From Paraphysomonas bandaiensis (lineage: Eukaryota > Protista > Chrysophyceae): 64,000 nucleotides of DNA. The stretch's first letter is position 1. Every line of letters begins with the position of its first letter. Position numbers and translations under genes: made by a program. This document shows positions 11,872 to 26,455 of the stretch, piece by piece. Under the pieces are notes generated by a model. It had not been told where the DNA came from. It did not search any database and worked only from the letters and a program-made list of their open reading frames with translations. The DNA lies in NCBI GenBank assembly GCA_965644295.1, contig CBFFRP010000362.1, positions 1 to 64,000 of the forward strand, written 5' to 3'.

Positions 11872-14800
11872 CTACTTATAATTTGCCGGCCCACAAGGGA
11901 CCATTCTATTCGCAATCCAAAATAGTTTACGGATACTATCTTGGGTTAATACGTCAAAGCTACTAGCTATTTTCTGCGGACGCACAAATTCGCCACGAGC
12001 CTTTTCTAAAACGGTTTGCACGTGTAACTGTTCTTCGGTGACATTTTCCCCCATGGAACTCACTTTAATTGGATTCAAGCAACAATGCAATGATTGAACT
12101 CTGAAAAGAATCTCGTGACAACTTTTCAGAAAAAAAACACATTACATTACCTGGTGTGTAGATATGTTGTAATATCTGCTTTCTGAGATCTGTACAAACT
12201 GGTGACCGTGTTGTTGTCTAACGCCGTACTACTCTCCAATTTCCCTCGTAATTTCGGATGTAGACCATATATAGTTCTTTCATCGTCTTTGACGACTAAC
12301 TTCAACATATCCTGCTCAAGTTTCACTACTGCATTGACGTATGGGGGAACAAGGGTCGTGAAGTAAAGCCCTCTTCCGTTACCAAACTCAGACGAACTCA
12401 TCCTTGCAGGCCAACGCGATGTAAAGCGTGACGATATATCTGGCAAAGATTTCAATGACCACTTTCCACCTTCACCACGCTGTTTCAACAAGCTATTTTG
12501 ATGGGGCGTCTCGAAACTTTTGTAAGACATGAGATACATGCCAATATCGACGTTTATATTGTTTAAGGCTCTGGTAGCGATCCGATTATGAAAACTGGGA
12601 TCAATTCTTAATTCCATGAACAACGGGTGACCTTCTAGAGTACCGCAGTATGTGTTCGATGTGTGAGCTGTTTCATCAGCCTTCGTACTAGAAGTGCGAA
12701 TCATTTTTGCTGCAGTGTGTGGAGCTACTATGTGAACTGAGCAACCACAGTTAACGTGAGTAAACATAAAATATACAGCGACATTATTGTCACTTACCAT
12801 TAAGCACAGAATTACTTTGATCCGTTGAAGGCCCCAATCTTGATGCCATAACAATATGATAAAAGCCTTGCCGTTCCTCCAGGATACTATCCAGTGTCAA
12901 CTTCGAATTAATTCCAGTTCCCGCATCTTCACCGGTGGCACAGTCACAATCGTCGACGTCCGAAAAACATTTCTCTATAGTAGAAAAGTCGCTATTGTTC
13001 AAACCTTTTTCACGCATATAGTTTCCGCTTCGCACAAACGTTTGACTGTTGTAAGACGTCAGCAGTTCTTCCACATCATTCCAAATGGGGGTATTATCTT
13101 TCGATTGTAGCTTGCTGTCCTCGGTCCATAGTACTTCCACGCCACATGTTCGCAGCATACGTAGAAACGTAGACGTAAACCACCTCTCCATAGAAAATTT
13201 ATGGTGAGTAAAAGAATTCTCCGAATTTATATACGAATTCACGATTTGGGTCAGCAATGAGCAACGTGGGGATGATTCACACTTAATCGTACCATTATCA
13301 TTCACTCTGCTTTTATCAGCTGCTATCAAAACTGTGAAGGTGTACTCACCACTCGCCTGATACATATATCACACACATCATTTTCATAAAATCTAGAACC
13401 TAGCATAACAAAAGTACCCAAGACAAAGCCTACCTGTAACGACAGTAGTTGTTCACCAAATATTATCAACTCTACAACAGTGGCTGTCAGTAGAACCCTG
13501 GTTGCAGTGCACACCGACGCATCTCGAGATAGTAGGTGAGCAGAAAGGGCTCCTGATGACGTCGCCGTCGTTGTTATTGGCGGGTGACGACTGGACAGTT
13601 CATTCAGCCAGTGTAAACTGAACTTTTCTCGAGAAGTTGCCATTAGCTATAACAACTTATTAGAATACCAGCATACCTACTCCCAATACACCCATATATT
13701 CAAACGTCGCGTCAATAATAAGACATGCAGACGAGACAACACACAAAGTAGTTTAAATACACAACCCACACACAGAAATTACCGTTTGTGTATTCTCCTT
13801 GCCAAACGTGGCATGTTCATAATGAGTGGCCTGAGAAAACGGACTTTGCGACCAAACTACAATTAACCAACGAATGCTGATTAACATACTAAAGCTACCT
13901 GTACAAAATATGTAGTCCTTGTTTGTGACGTATATGCATCTGAAGATGTGTATCCTCAAAATACGCCTGTAATCGCGAAGTTAAGTATTTCTATTACACT
14001 GGGCATGAAAAACAAAACTACATGTTCGCCTCTCAGGCACACACGCAGTATTAAATATATATTTATTCCATTCAATTTCACATGCAACAAAACATTGTGA
14101 CGGATTGAAGTGCACCTTGTATCTGCCTGCATCAAAACCACCTGCCAATTTAAAGGCATTCGCCTTCACAAAAAGGCATGCCGCAGATTCATAGTGAATA
14201 TCTCTAACATGTCTGGCTTGAACATTACACGGTTCTGCATCTCTACATATACAATAACATACGTCGTTAAATGAGCCCTATATATACAGGTTGTATTTTC
14301 ATGACACTGTTTAATCAATACATTACCGATGGCCACGAATACAATATTGCGTATCAAGAATGCATTCATAAATATAAGCCACACAGCAGCATCGATACAG
14401 ATAGGATGTCACACAAAATACACATAGCTTTACGTTTAAGTTATGAATAGTATGGATAAGCATCCACCAAGAGCAAGCACATACCGCAAGTAGTTATCCG
14501 TGTGTCCATTAGACAATATAACGCTGCCCGCTTCAACTATGCGGTGATGAGGAAACAGGAGCTTACAACCAATCGCTCCAACTTTTCTATTAAGTACTCT
14601 ATAGCTATCCACCACATGATGAAAGTTCTGTATAAACCCCGGTTGAGGCAAGACATCATCATTGAGCAATAGCATCCACTCCACAGAGGGAGACACATAT
14701 GTGGATAAGTTGTTATAGGCCACTGCATATGGGGCATTATCACATAGAGGGACATACTTTACCCTCACACGAGAGGCAGATGAGGATCCACTCAACATTC

Positions 14801-15266
14801 TCTGTATATTCGAACACACTTCCATAGTCGGACCCAAACACCCGTTATCCCCAATAATCACCTCCATATCCACATATCCGTCCAGTGGAGTAGAAACAAG
14901 TGAGTCAAGCAATTGATGCAACATATGAGGATTGTTATATGTTAGTACTAGCACGGATAGTCGAGTCAAGTCGAGAGATGGCGCAGTATCAAGTGTAGAT
15001 CGAACTAATAGCCATGTTGTATTACTCATCAATCCATCCATATAATGCATATGCATCATATTTACATATACAAAAATCAATACACATATACACGTCCATA
15101 AGACCATACGACTGACCCCACATATACGTATATTCTTACTAGTCTCTCTATGCGGTTTATATGGACTGTATAATGGAGCATATGAACCTGATAGTTTCAC
15201 GTGTTTTTTTTTGAAGAGGGACTTCACCCATCGATGAAGTGAGAAGGCTTTAACGGCTTTTGGCAT
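11872..15266 (-). CDS. Type II membrane GT2 glycosyltransferase with a long C-terminal extension (one multi-exon gene joining six or more ORF-track pieces)
   Basis: N-terminal TM, then SVLVLTYN, IIGDNG, LLLNDD, VGAIGCKLL. Spliced exons give ESAACLFVK..GGFD, AYFEDT, HYEHATFG, then LMATSREKFSLHW (acceptor just above 13646). The gene continues through ORFs 13365, 12854 and 12090 to the stop at 11872. Confidence 0.75.
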
Positions 15267-17886
15267 ATGAAGAATGAGATGTTAGGAAATATATGCAACA
15301 GCAGTCAGAAAGATACTTTGATGAGTGATATGGGAGACTAGATGCATGGTTAGTTACTTGGAGTTAAGTGCATGAGATGGAAGAGAAATCATGATGGGTA
15401 CTTTCTATTCACCACCGCACTATGGGCACCTCTGCATCATATTTAACGTGATATAGTCGGAGTTTTGATGACAGTATTGTAGATAAAAATCGGGAAATCG
15501 CCATTTTCGACTACTAAATTGTCCAAAATTCGAAAACCCCTGGTGGTGTGTGATCGGCACTGGGCTTATAGAAAACATGACAAACTTCTTGCTATCAGGG
15601 ACGACATCATTAAGTTAGTTGATATCACTGTGTTTAAGATGAGTGATATCGATGATATCAATGCAGCAATAGACCGTATTGAGACTGAAATAAGAATGAA
15701 GAGATACGAAGAGTGGAATCTTCTATTGAAGATGCGGAAGTCAAAATTATTAGCCAATGAAAACAAAGAATTTTGAGGACCTAAACTTGAAGATTTACAC
15801 GAAGTGATAAAGTCATTACGTGAAAAGTGGAAGTTGAGGGGTGAACTTGAACTTCGATCGACTTCACGTCACTGAATTTTCAGTTTGTGTTCTACTGTAT
15901 ATCTAACAGAGTCGTTCACTATATGGATATATGCATGTGTAGATTGAATTCACTCTTGATTATATATATATATATATACAATCCCATGCTTTGCCAATCC
16001 GAACCTGTCAGCTTCTCGTATTGCGATCAAGAGCCATAAGTCCCTCTATGACGTGCTTGCACTCCCATGCTCTTCTAGCAGTTACATTCCTAATAGACGC
16101 ATACGAACACTTGTTAAGTGCTATCAAGAGTTATCAGATCACACTGATGACGTTCGTAACTTCGAGTATTACATGCAAATGGATCATAAGTCACTGCACA
16201 CGTGGAGATACTCTTCTGGAGGTTCGGAGACACATATTTGCGGTCTCAATGTATCAAAGTATATGTATATGATATATAGCAGGGTCAGTAACAATACAAC
16301 GGAAAGCACTGCTGTCGTTGTCGTTAAGGAATCTTTTCGTTTCTGTCTTGTGCTTGCTAAAAATTCAATCAAACCGGAGCACCGAATTCAGTGGAGAGGC
16401 CATGTTATCATAGCCTCCGAGGAGAAAAGGACCGTGTTTACCATAATGACTTTCTCAGAAATGGTTGCCCAACTGTAGTATATGAAGAGTTGTCCAGGAT
16501 GACAGAGAGCTCATACCTGCAACCTCTGATCATAATGAGTGGTTTGGTAGGGCTGTGGCTTCGTGGGCATGAGACAATTTGATGTTGATAGCTTTACAGA
16601 CTATATGACTGCGAATTCACTACATAAGCATTCACTACCAATTATACAACCTGAATTTAAAAGTCCCCAGGTTTTGACACTCAAAACTATCAGAGAACTA
16701 CAGTAGACGGTCTCAATGTACACAGAATCCATAGACAGATAGGAGATATGTGTTCAACTCATATACTTCTATATAGTTGAACTGTATCTACCCAGTGCAA
16801 TAAACATAACACACCCCGTAGCTCGAGATCTGATCATAACCTCACTGTGTATACTTACGAAAAGTACAAAATAAAAATATGTTACAGTAGTTAGAAAAAA
16901 CTTCGAACGGCAAGATCCTCAGTCTCCTCCTGAATGATGGATGTTGATGTATTGGTCAGTTTCTTTTCGATTATGGTTTTAACTAATCACAATTTCATTT
17001 TCTTCTTTGCTTTAGTTATCGGGAAACTTTGCTGTAATATTCTTGAATTGTTATTTCGAAGTCCAGGTTATGAAGATAGATCACTTGCACTAATATCATT
17101 TTGATCTTCTACAGCAGACGAAGGATCTTGAAGTGTTGATGATCTACTTTTGAAAGTTGAGCCATAACTGTGGTGTCTATATTACTGTGTACTACAGGGT
17201 AATATAATTAAATCACATTCAAGTGACTGTTAATATCATAATCAAGATAAATGATAGGTTCTGTTCGAACCGAATATTGGGTTGAATGTCTATATATTCC
17301 CTGTGCTTATATGAGCGTTCTGTTGAGCCCAATTCAGGTAAAATTAATACATTTTGAGTCAAAAAAGGAATAAAACTTATATTGATATGAAGTCCTACAA
17401 TTGAAACAAAATATTCCTAGATATTACTCCGGAAGCCGCATATATAGATATACACCTTATATATTATATATGATAATATGTAATATGATGGATACATGCA
17501 TACATACAAAATACAAACATACACAACCGTAACTAATGGGCGGACCAATGGAATTTCTGAAACATTCACAGCTATAAATTCTCTGCTATTATTGCCATAG
17601 TAGTGCCCTCCAAAGCTTTAGCCCATTCATTGCTCAAATAATAGAATTATTTTTATGTTTATTCTGTGGGACGGCAGACCTATCAACTATGAAGTCTTAG
17701 CTGCATTCGCAACCGAACTAGCTTTAAATAAATATACATATATATAAGCTAAGCAATGGATCAGTTCCTTCTGCTTTTATTCATGTTACAATGAATGAAA
17801 AAATTGATAGGAGTGGAATGAAGGTTCACCATCTCTAATGTTTAATAGGCAACAACGCAATTAGCTAAGAACAGATACATATCCCT

Positions 17887-18790
17887 TTAATTCACTGTAT
17901 CGTGTGCAAATTCATTGGGTAAGGCATTTACTTCCTTCAGTAAATTTGAGCACTGCTTGAATTGGGGGTGTTGGGATGTCCTCAATAGCTGAAACATGAT
18001 GCTCTCAGATGTTGTGAGATACACCCCCATGGCCTTCATTCGTTCCAGAGCGACAGCTCGATCATGCGCCCTGATAAAAATAGTGCATTAATATAGATAA
18101 TTTAATCGTGTTCGTACACAACTGATACCAGATAATAACACAGTACACATACATAGCCGTCATAAGTTCAATTAACTTTTCACACAAAGTACTCTACAAG
18201 GATATGACTTTATACGAACAGACACTTACTTCTGACTGGAGACTGCATCGCACACCAAATGCACTTCTTTTCCCGATGCAATGAGGTCCATCGCAGTTTG
18301 AAGCACGCAAACATGGGACTCAATACCACAAAGAATGATTTGATCTCGATTTAGGCCTTCCAAATGTGCAGTTACTTCTTCAGTCAACATCGAAAATTGG
18401 CGCTTTTCGTACACTGGGCATGACAAATTAAAGTCGGGAACCGTGTGACCAAATACCTGATACACTTCGTAAAAATAAAGACTAACTGATATTTTTAACT
18501 AGCATGCAACAACACTGCAGACACTCTCCATAATAACAGGTGGGCGAACCTTGCTGTACTGCTCTGTGGCGACAGTTGGCATATCAAGGAGGTTACTTAT
18601 TTTATATAGAAACACACTACGAGTGATAACAGTTTCAGATTTATGAATTAAAGGACGGAAGAGTTCCTGTATATCACATAGAAACAGAGCACTCCTCTCA
18701 GGGGATACAAGCCCTGTGAACATATAAGATGAACAGTAATACAGCTTCCACACATATGATCTACGAACCTAATGCTCTCTTTGCTGCCAT
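17887..18790 (-). CDS. Isochorismatase-domain protein (ISOC1/ISOC2-like), 4 exons
   Basis: LFLCDIQELFRP, TEQY, KRQFSM, GIESHVCVLQTAMDL, DAVSS, TTSESIMFQL. Confidence 0.9.
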
Positions 18791-19254
18791 ATTCACAATT
18801 AATGTAAGTATGAATAGTGGAGATAGCCGAACACAACTACGTGCATAATGATGGAATGGAACATATAGAAATCTCAGTACAATAAACATAATAGAAAACC
18901 CCTCATGAAAATCCCACTTTTTTATATTGGGAAGGTTTATTAGCCAATAAAATAAGAGAATAGAGTAATGATTTGATAGAAATTAATCATCTTCAAAAGG
19001 TTAGAAATAATTTCAGTTTTTGAATGCTCCAAAATATGGGAATTTATTGGGGATGACTGTCAAAATCCAAGAAATTCATATACTAAAACCAGCGCTTGCC
19101 TGAAAACCCATTAACTCTATAAAAACCCGTACATGACGAGAGCTATATAGAAACCCACTGCAGTGATACATGGACATACACACACATATATATATATATA
19201 TATAAGAATCCACTGCTGGCTGTTAGTCCTGCGACATAAACTAGAGTGACAATC

Positions 19255-21922
19255 ATGACAACATCGAAAGAGAAGGCGATGAGAGTGGCCGTCATTCACT
19301 TAGATTTAGGCATTGGTTAGTTATAGGGCCCTGCTGTACATACATATACGTATACATATATATATATATGGCGTGTAGTGTATATGAGTATATGCAGGTT
19401 ATCATATATGTATGTATAGTGTATGTAGTATACAGTGTATCGTATCTGTTGTAGTGACTCGAGCTGTATGTATGTGTTCTATAGGAGGAGCAGAGAGACT
19501 AGTGGTCAATATCGCCTGTGCTATGCAGGATCTAGGACACACTGTGCAGGTCTACACCTCTCACCATGATCCGAATCGTTGTTTTGAAGAGACAAAGACG
19601 GGAGGTGGGGGGCTGTGTTATGAGAGGCTGTTGTAATATACATGTCTGCGCAGGGGCACTGCATGGGAAGATTTATGTTATGGGGGACTGGATTCCGCGA
19701 CAGATATTTGGAATGTTTACGGCTTTATGTGCGATAATGAGAATGTTCTATCTTGCCTTTGGGGTGTGTTGTTCCGAGGATAGACCGGACATTGTCTTCA
19801 TTGATGGCGTATCAATGCCAATACCGATATTACAGGTACTGTTTCTACTGAAGCACATGATACACTGAATAGTGTTGTTATTTTAATTGCCTATGCTTTT
19901 CTCAGTACTTCGGAATTCCAGTTCTCTTTTATTGCCACTTTCCTGATAAGGTATACTATACCACTTGCAGATTTATTATAATTTCAAACGAGATTCTTGT
20001 TTCTATATTTTGTGTATATTGAGGTTCTTGTATTTATTACATGTGAATAGCTACTATGCACTCAACGGAAAAGCTTTTTGAAGCGTGCCTATCGTCTTCC
20101 TATTGATGTGTTGGAAGAAACGACCACTGGATGTGCTGACACCATTCTGGTCAATTCAAGTATGTAGAAGTAATACTTTTTGAACGATGCATAATGAATA
20201 TTACATATTTGAACCGTGTGATGACTTCTCTATTTGTTTTATATGGTGTGTGTTTTTATTAATATTTTCCGAAGTCATGTACTCTTGTTTCAAATTGAAC
20301 TTGAGTTTAAGTGTCGTACTTTTTGTAGAATTTACTGCTGAAACTTTCATGGAAGAGTTTAATGTTCTAGGAAGATGGTGCGAACCTAAGGTACGAGCGA
20401 CATGTGAAGTGTATGTAAAACCAAGTTTAATATGATGGCTGACATGTACACGTTACACGCCAATGATTTATTGGCAAAATAAAAATGATTTGTATTTACG
20501 GTGTCACAATGCTTATGTATGTTGTGCATATTTATTATAATCCGAAGGTCTTGTATCCGTCTATCGAAGATCCGAGCACACACAACCAGGACAAGAAGCT
20601 ATCCACTTCTAATAGAGACTCTGTATCCTATATACAGCCCTATGAATACGTGTTTACATCGTTAAATAGGTGACGAATGGTTATTTAATTTGACTCTTTC
20701 ATGTATAATCTTGACTTGGATTGCGTGCAGATATGAGAGGAAGAAAAATATATACCTGGCAATTGATTCATTCAAGCTGCTATTGGAATCAAAGAGCAGC
20801 CGAGATAGTAGTTCAGTGCTCTCTGCAGTTCTCGTCATCGCTGGTGGGTATGACTCGAGAGTAAAGGAAAATGTTGAGTACTATGAGGTAATACTAATGA
20901 TTTGTTACTGACAATGTCAAATAGGGAACACCAGTGTAGTGCTTGCTAAATTATTTTTAACTGATTAGTATGCTGTAGGAACTAGTGAAGCATGTTCAGG
21001 ACTGTGGTATTGAGAACAAGTACGTTAGTATCATACACCTTACAATATTTATGTATGAGTATGATACGTTTTCCTGATATAGTGTAGTATTCCGGCGCTC
21101 CATTGATGATGAAGAACGAGACCAACTTCTGACACATTCCACAGGTGCCCAAACATATTAATGATCTGTTAACTATCTTAACTCTTATATGCAGCGATAT
21201 TATATACTCCTTCCAATGAGCATTTCGGGATCGTTCCCATTGAGGTATGAGGAGACACGTATATATTACACATAAAAATCCGTTCTGAGTGTGACTTTTT
21301 TTAGGCTATGTGTGCAGGAACACCAGTTATTGCTGTTAGTAGTGGTGGCCCGAAGGAGTCAATTGAACATAATGTAACAGGCTTTCTCTGCTCAGAGGTG
21401 TGTTGTATTGATTGTCCTTACCTTACGGGGACACGTTGATATTCTGAATAGATAGTTAGTACATGCATTTTCCCTGCATGTTATACGAGTGTCCTGATTT
21501 TGATTTTTAGAGTCCTGATGATTTTATGAGTGCCATGCTACAACTGGTACAGTCATCAAGTTTGCGCACAGAAATGAGTGCGAATGGAATTGATAGAATC
21601 ACGGTAAGAGGTGTAAGATCAGTATCTATACTGCAGTGTGTGACGTAGACTGATATATAAATCATTCTTACAACCATTTATGCAGAGGAAGTTCAGTAAT
21701 ACGGCCATGAGGAAGCAGCTGCAAACATATCTGGTAGATACTGTGCGCAGAGAAGAAGGGAAGCGGGCCTTGTACTTTTTACATCGCTTTAATGCGTTTG
21801 TTTTAGGGTTCGTACACCTAAGACGTATGTTGTATTTGTATCTAATTTTCTGGTTTAGGACTTGTATTGTCGTGGTTGCGATAGTAGTGGGCTTTGTATA
21901 TCGCCAAAAAAGCGTAGTGTGA
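19255..21922 (+). CDS. ALG2: Alpha-1,3/1,6-mannosyltransferase ALG2 (GT4), many short introns
   Basis: IHLDLGIG/GAERLVV, SHHDPNRCFEET, FYCHFPDK, NRYERKKNI, GGYDSRVKENVEY, LYTPSNEHFGIVPIEAM, SGGPKES. Confidence 0.95.
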
Positions 21923-22196
21923 GAATAGCTGAAGATTAGTGAAGATATACCAGAAGCGCTACTAGTTGTTCGACTCTATATATGGTGGATGACATTAGTA
22001 GAATAGTACTGTATAATGAAATTCTTTATTAATGTTTATTCAATGCCACTTGCAGGATTTCACTTAACAGCTACCTGATAATACACTAATCATCCCTTAA
22101 TATTCTACGGTTGAAGTGGCAATACTACAAACTACAAATCAGGCTTGCGTAACAAGTAGCTAGTTTAATTGAAAATTGAAATAATTAGTTTAGAAG

Positions 22197-25100
22197 GGGA
22201 TATATTATTCAACCTAGTCAATTTGGTGGAATTTCCTAGTCATTCCATTTTCGGTGTAAAAACCTAGTCAAAGCCATAAATGACTCAACCTAGCCAAATA
22301 TAGTATTAAACCTAGTCGTTCTTATATCCATTGATTACACATTGTGACTGTCTAAGATACGCGCACACATCACACAACATATTGATGGCTCGGAGAGCAT
22401 CACAACAAACATAGCAATTCATTCATATCTACATAACAGTGTATGTGTATGTATATGCAGCATATCTGTGTAGCTTATTAGAGTACGATGGTCTCTTATC
22501 AGTGTTATGAGGAGGAGGAGTGGTCAGTGTAGCTGTGCTGTGGACATACCCCCATGAATATATGTAGACAGACACCTGGAGATCTTCATACGCTATGAGT
22601 GAGATCGCTTCCCTTCCTTAAGCGACTTGCTTGTTGAATGAGCGACTGCTTTGACTTCCAGAGGGCATGAATACCCCATGTTTCTAGACCGATTAAGAAA
22701 AAAGAGGGGTTTTCATGTCAAAGTCTGCGTATTTGTAAAAACAACATCACTGAAATGGACTGCCTTTCCAGGAGCAGATCAAACGATGAGGAGTCTGTCG
22801 TACAGTGGAGCCCTTCAATCTCTCTGCCACGGGATGGATCACTGGCAGTCTCCCTCAATAGTCTCTTGATGCTCCCATTATGACCTGTACACTACAGTCA
22901 TTGTGCCCTCTACACTGCAGTGGTTATGATATGTACACTGTAGTGGTTATGATATGTACACTGTAGTGGTTATGATATGTACACTGTAGTGGTTATGATA
23001 TGTACACTGTAGTGGTTATGATATGTACACTGTAGTGGTTATGATATGTACACTGTAGTGGTTATGATATGTACACTGTAGTGGTTATGATATGTACACT
23101 GCAGTGGTTATGATATGTACACTGTAGTGGTTATGATATGTACACTGTAGTGGTTATGATATGTACACTGTAGTGGTTATGATATGTACACTGTAGTGGT
23201 TATGATATGTACACTGCAGTGGTTATGATATGTACACTGTAGTGGTTATGATATGTACACTGTAGTGGTTATGATATGTACACTGTAGTGGTTATGATAT
23301 GTACACTGTAGTGGTTATGATATGTACACTGTAGTGGTTATGATATGTACACTGTAGTGGTTATGATATGTACACTGTAGTGGTTATGATATGTACACTG
23401 TAGTGGTTATGATATGTACACTGTAGTGGTTATGATATGTACACTGTAGTGGTTATGATATGTACACTGTAGTGATACTGTGGCCTCTACACTGTAGTGG
23501 TTATGATATGTACACTGTAGTGGTTATGATATGTACACTGCAGTGGTTATGATATGTACACTGTAGTGGTTATGATATGTACACTGCAGTGGTTATGATA
23601 TGTACACTGTAGTGGTTATGATATGTACACTGTAGTGATACTGTGGCCTCTACACTGCAGTGGTTATGATATGTACACTGTAGTGGTTATGATATGTACA
23701 CTGCAGTGGTTATGATATGTACACTGCAGTGGTTATGATATGTACACTGTAGTGGTTATGATATGTACACTGTAGTGGTTATGATATGTACACTGTAGTG
23801 GTTATGATATGTACACTGTAGTGGTTATGATATGTACACTGTAGTGGTTATGATATGTACACTGTAGTGGTTATGATATGTACACTGTAGTGGTTATGAT
23901 ATGTACACTGTAGTGGTTATGATATGTACACTGTAGTGGTTATGATATGTACACTGTAGTGGTTATGATATGTACACTGTAGTGGTTATGATATGTACAC
24001 TGTAGTGGTTATGATATGTACACTGCAGTGGTTATGATATGTACACTGTAGTGGTTGTGACCTCTACACTGCAGTGGTTATGATATGTACACTGTAGTGA
24101 TACTGTGGCCTCTACACTGCAGTGGTTATGATATGTACACTGTAGTGGTTATGATATGTACACTGTAGTGATACTGTGGCCTCTACACTGCAGTGGTTAT
24201 GATATGTACACTGCAGTGGTTATGATATGTACACTGTAGTGGTTATGATATGTACACTGTAGTGGTTGTGACCTCTACACTGCAGTGGTTATGATATGTA
24301 CACTGTAGTGGTTATGATATGTACACTGCAGTGGTTATGATATGTACACTGTAGTGGTTATGATATGTACACTGTAGTGGTTATGATATGTACACTGTAG
24401 TGGTTATGATATGTACACTGTAGTGGTTATGATATGTACACTGTAGTGGTTATGATATGTACACTGTAGTGATACTGTGGCCTCTACACTGCAGTGGTTA
24501 TGATATGTACACTGCAGTGGTTATGATATGTACACTGTAGTGGTTGTGACCTCTACACTGCAGTGGTTATGATATGTACACTGTAGTGATACTGTGGCCT
24601 CTACACTGCAGTGGTTATGATATGTTCACTGTAGTGGTTGTGACCTCTACACTGCAGTGGTTATGATATGTACGCTGTAGTGGTTATGATATGTACACTG
24701 TAGTGGTTGTGGCCTCTACACTGCAGTGGTTATGATATGTACACTGCAGTGGTTATGATATGTTCACTGTAGTGGTTGTGACCTCTACACTGCAGTGGTT
24801 ATGATATGTACGCTGTAGTGGTTATGATATGTACACTGTAGTGGTTGTGGCCTCTACACTGCAGTGGTTATGATATGTACACTACAGTGGTTGTGGGACA
24901 ATAGCCGCTGTTGGCCTTACTGACTATCCGTACATCACTTGCGAGGTATGTGCGAGACATATATTCTCTAGTATATATATTTACAATCTTGTGAGTGCTA
25001 ATCATTGTGTTATGTACTATCATAGGTACCTCAGTACTACTAATGTCCTCGATTGTGGAGCAATAGCCCCCTACTATATTTTTTCTCTGTACAACTGCGT

Positions 25101-25600
25101 TTCACTGTTGCCTATAGGTGCACATCACTTGGGAGGTGTGTACGAGATATATATTGTCCTGTACATATCTTAATGTTATCGTCAGGGAACATTATTGTCA
25201 AGCTCCATTATGCCTGAAAGGATTTGCGGCAGTCCTTGCAATAATTCGAGTGCCTGGAGATATGTATATGCTTGGATTGGTGCTGGTATACAAGAGCGAG
25301 AAAGGGTTTCGATGGCAGCGTCGGTTCTGTGATGCCCCTGATGAGATATTTGTCCATCCTAAGATACGATGCTAAAATATATGATGCACATTGCATATTG
25401 CATGCATGCAATATTTGTAGAGTATGCTCCCACGTTTGACTAGGTGAATACCCTATTCCACCTAGTCAACCTAGTCATTGTAAAGTTAAAAATCTAATTA
25501 TTTAATGACTAGGTTTTTCAACCTTTTGACTAGGTTTTTACTCCAATTTTGGTGTGACTAGGAAATTCCCCAAAATTGACTAGGTCGAAAAATACATCCC
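22197..25600. mobile_element. Non-autonomous Mutator-like (MULE) TIR element with a 9-bp TSD
   Basis: ~78-bp imperfect TIRs (GGGATATATTATTCAACCTAGTCAATTT... / ...AAATTGACTAGGTCGAAAAATACATCCC) built from repeated CCTAGTCA units. Exact direct repeat GTTTAGAAG at 22188-22196 and 25601-25609. No transposase seen inside. Confidence 0.88.
22886..24895. repeat. 23-bp minisatellite (TAGTGGTTATGATATGTACACTG)n, roughly 85-90 units, with variant units
   Basis: Directly visible tandem array. The variant GTGATACTGTGGCCTCTACACTG(C/T)A first appears near 23470; GTGGTTGTG(A/G)CCTCTACACTGCA is concentrated in the right half. Confidence 0.98.
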
Positions 25601-26134
25601 GTTTAGAAGGTGATAAATGTAATTATTTCTATTGGCAATTGTTCCCAATTAATTGGCTTTATTATATATTATATAGATTTGCTCCAGAACGACCGATGGT
25701 ATGAACCCTATTCGGGATTCCCGGCGTGAGCTGGTGACAAATGACAGCGAATCGATTTCTTCAAGAATGAAAGGTTAGTATGGTTCAAACGTTCAGGAAG
25801 CCGAAGAAGGAAGACTATGGTCTGAACAATGACGATACTTCCCTGTTAACTTCAGATTGGCGATGAAGACTTCTGAAGTGCACAATGCTTCTGCTTCGTA
25901 GCAGGTGATTGGGAGCTAGTTTTTGCTTTGGTTCGTATTTGTCGTGGTTTGTATATTTGTTGGTTCTAGGTATTAATTGCCGTTAATTTTTACTCTGTAC
26001 TATGTGTTATTTTAATTGAATACATACTTTGTCTTTTCATTCATGATACAGATCTGCATTATTCTCGCCTTTATAGTATTTCCTACTTGTAATGTATAAT
26101 GTATATATTATACTGTGTTTATTATTGTTAATTA

Positions 26135-26455
26135 TAGTACCTCTGGGTCGTATTGGTATTATATTTTTAGGTAGTACCTATAGGTAGTATTGATACATGT
26201 AGGCAGTACCTATAGGTACATTTTAATATAAATAGGGATACCTATCAGTAGGATATTTAGAGGTCATAGGTACCACCTGTAGGGAGACGAATAGGTAGGT
26301 GTATTAGGGAGTACCTTTAGGTATACTGGGTAGCTATAGGTGGCACCTATTCGAAAACCTATAGGTACCACCTATTGCTCGAAAGTGTACCTATAGGTAG
26401 ACAGAGGTACCTAATAGGTACCCTCGATTTTAATTACAAAAGTACCTATAGGCAC
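26135..26455. repeat. Cluster of dispersed palindromic (G)TACCTATAGGTA(C)-type motifs; probable subterminal region of a decayed DNA transposon
   Basis: About ten perfect or degenerate copies, e.g. gtacctataggtag, gtacctataggtac, gtacctttaggtat, acctataggtacc, gtacctaataggtac. Confidence 0.6.

Noticed and set aside
15480-16600. Short ORFs (85 aa, 141 aa) and possible element end
   Set aside because: Non-ATG starts, no family motif, and no TIR pair or TSD found.
22886-24895. CRISPR-like array
   Set aside because: Head-to-tail repeats with no unique spacers, no cas genes, eukaryotic context.
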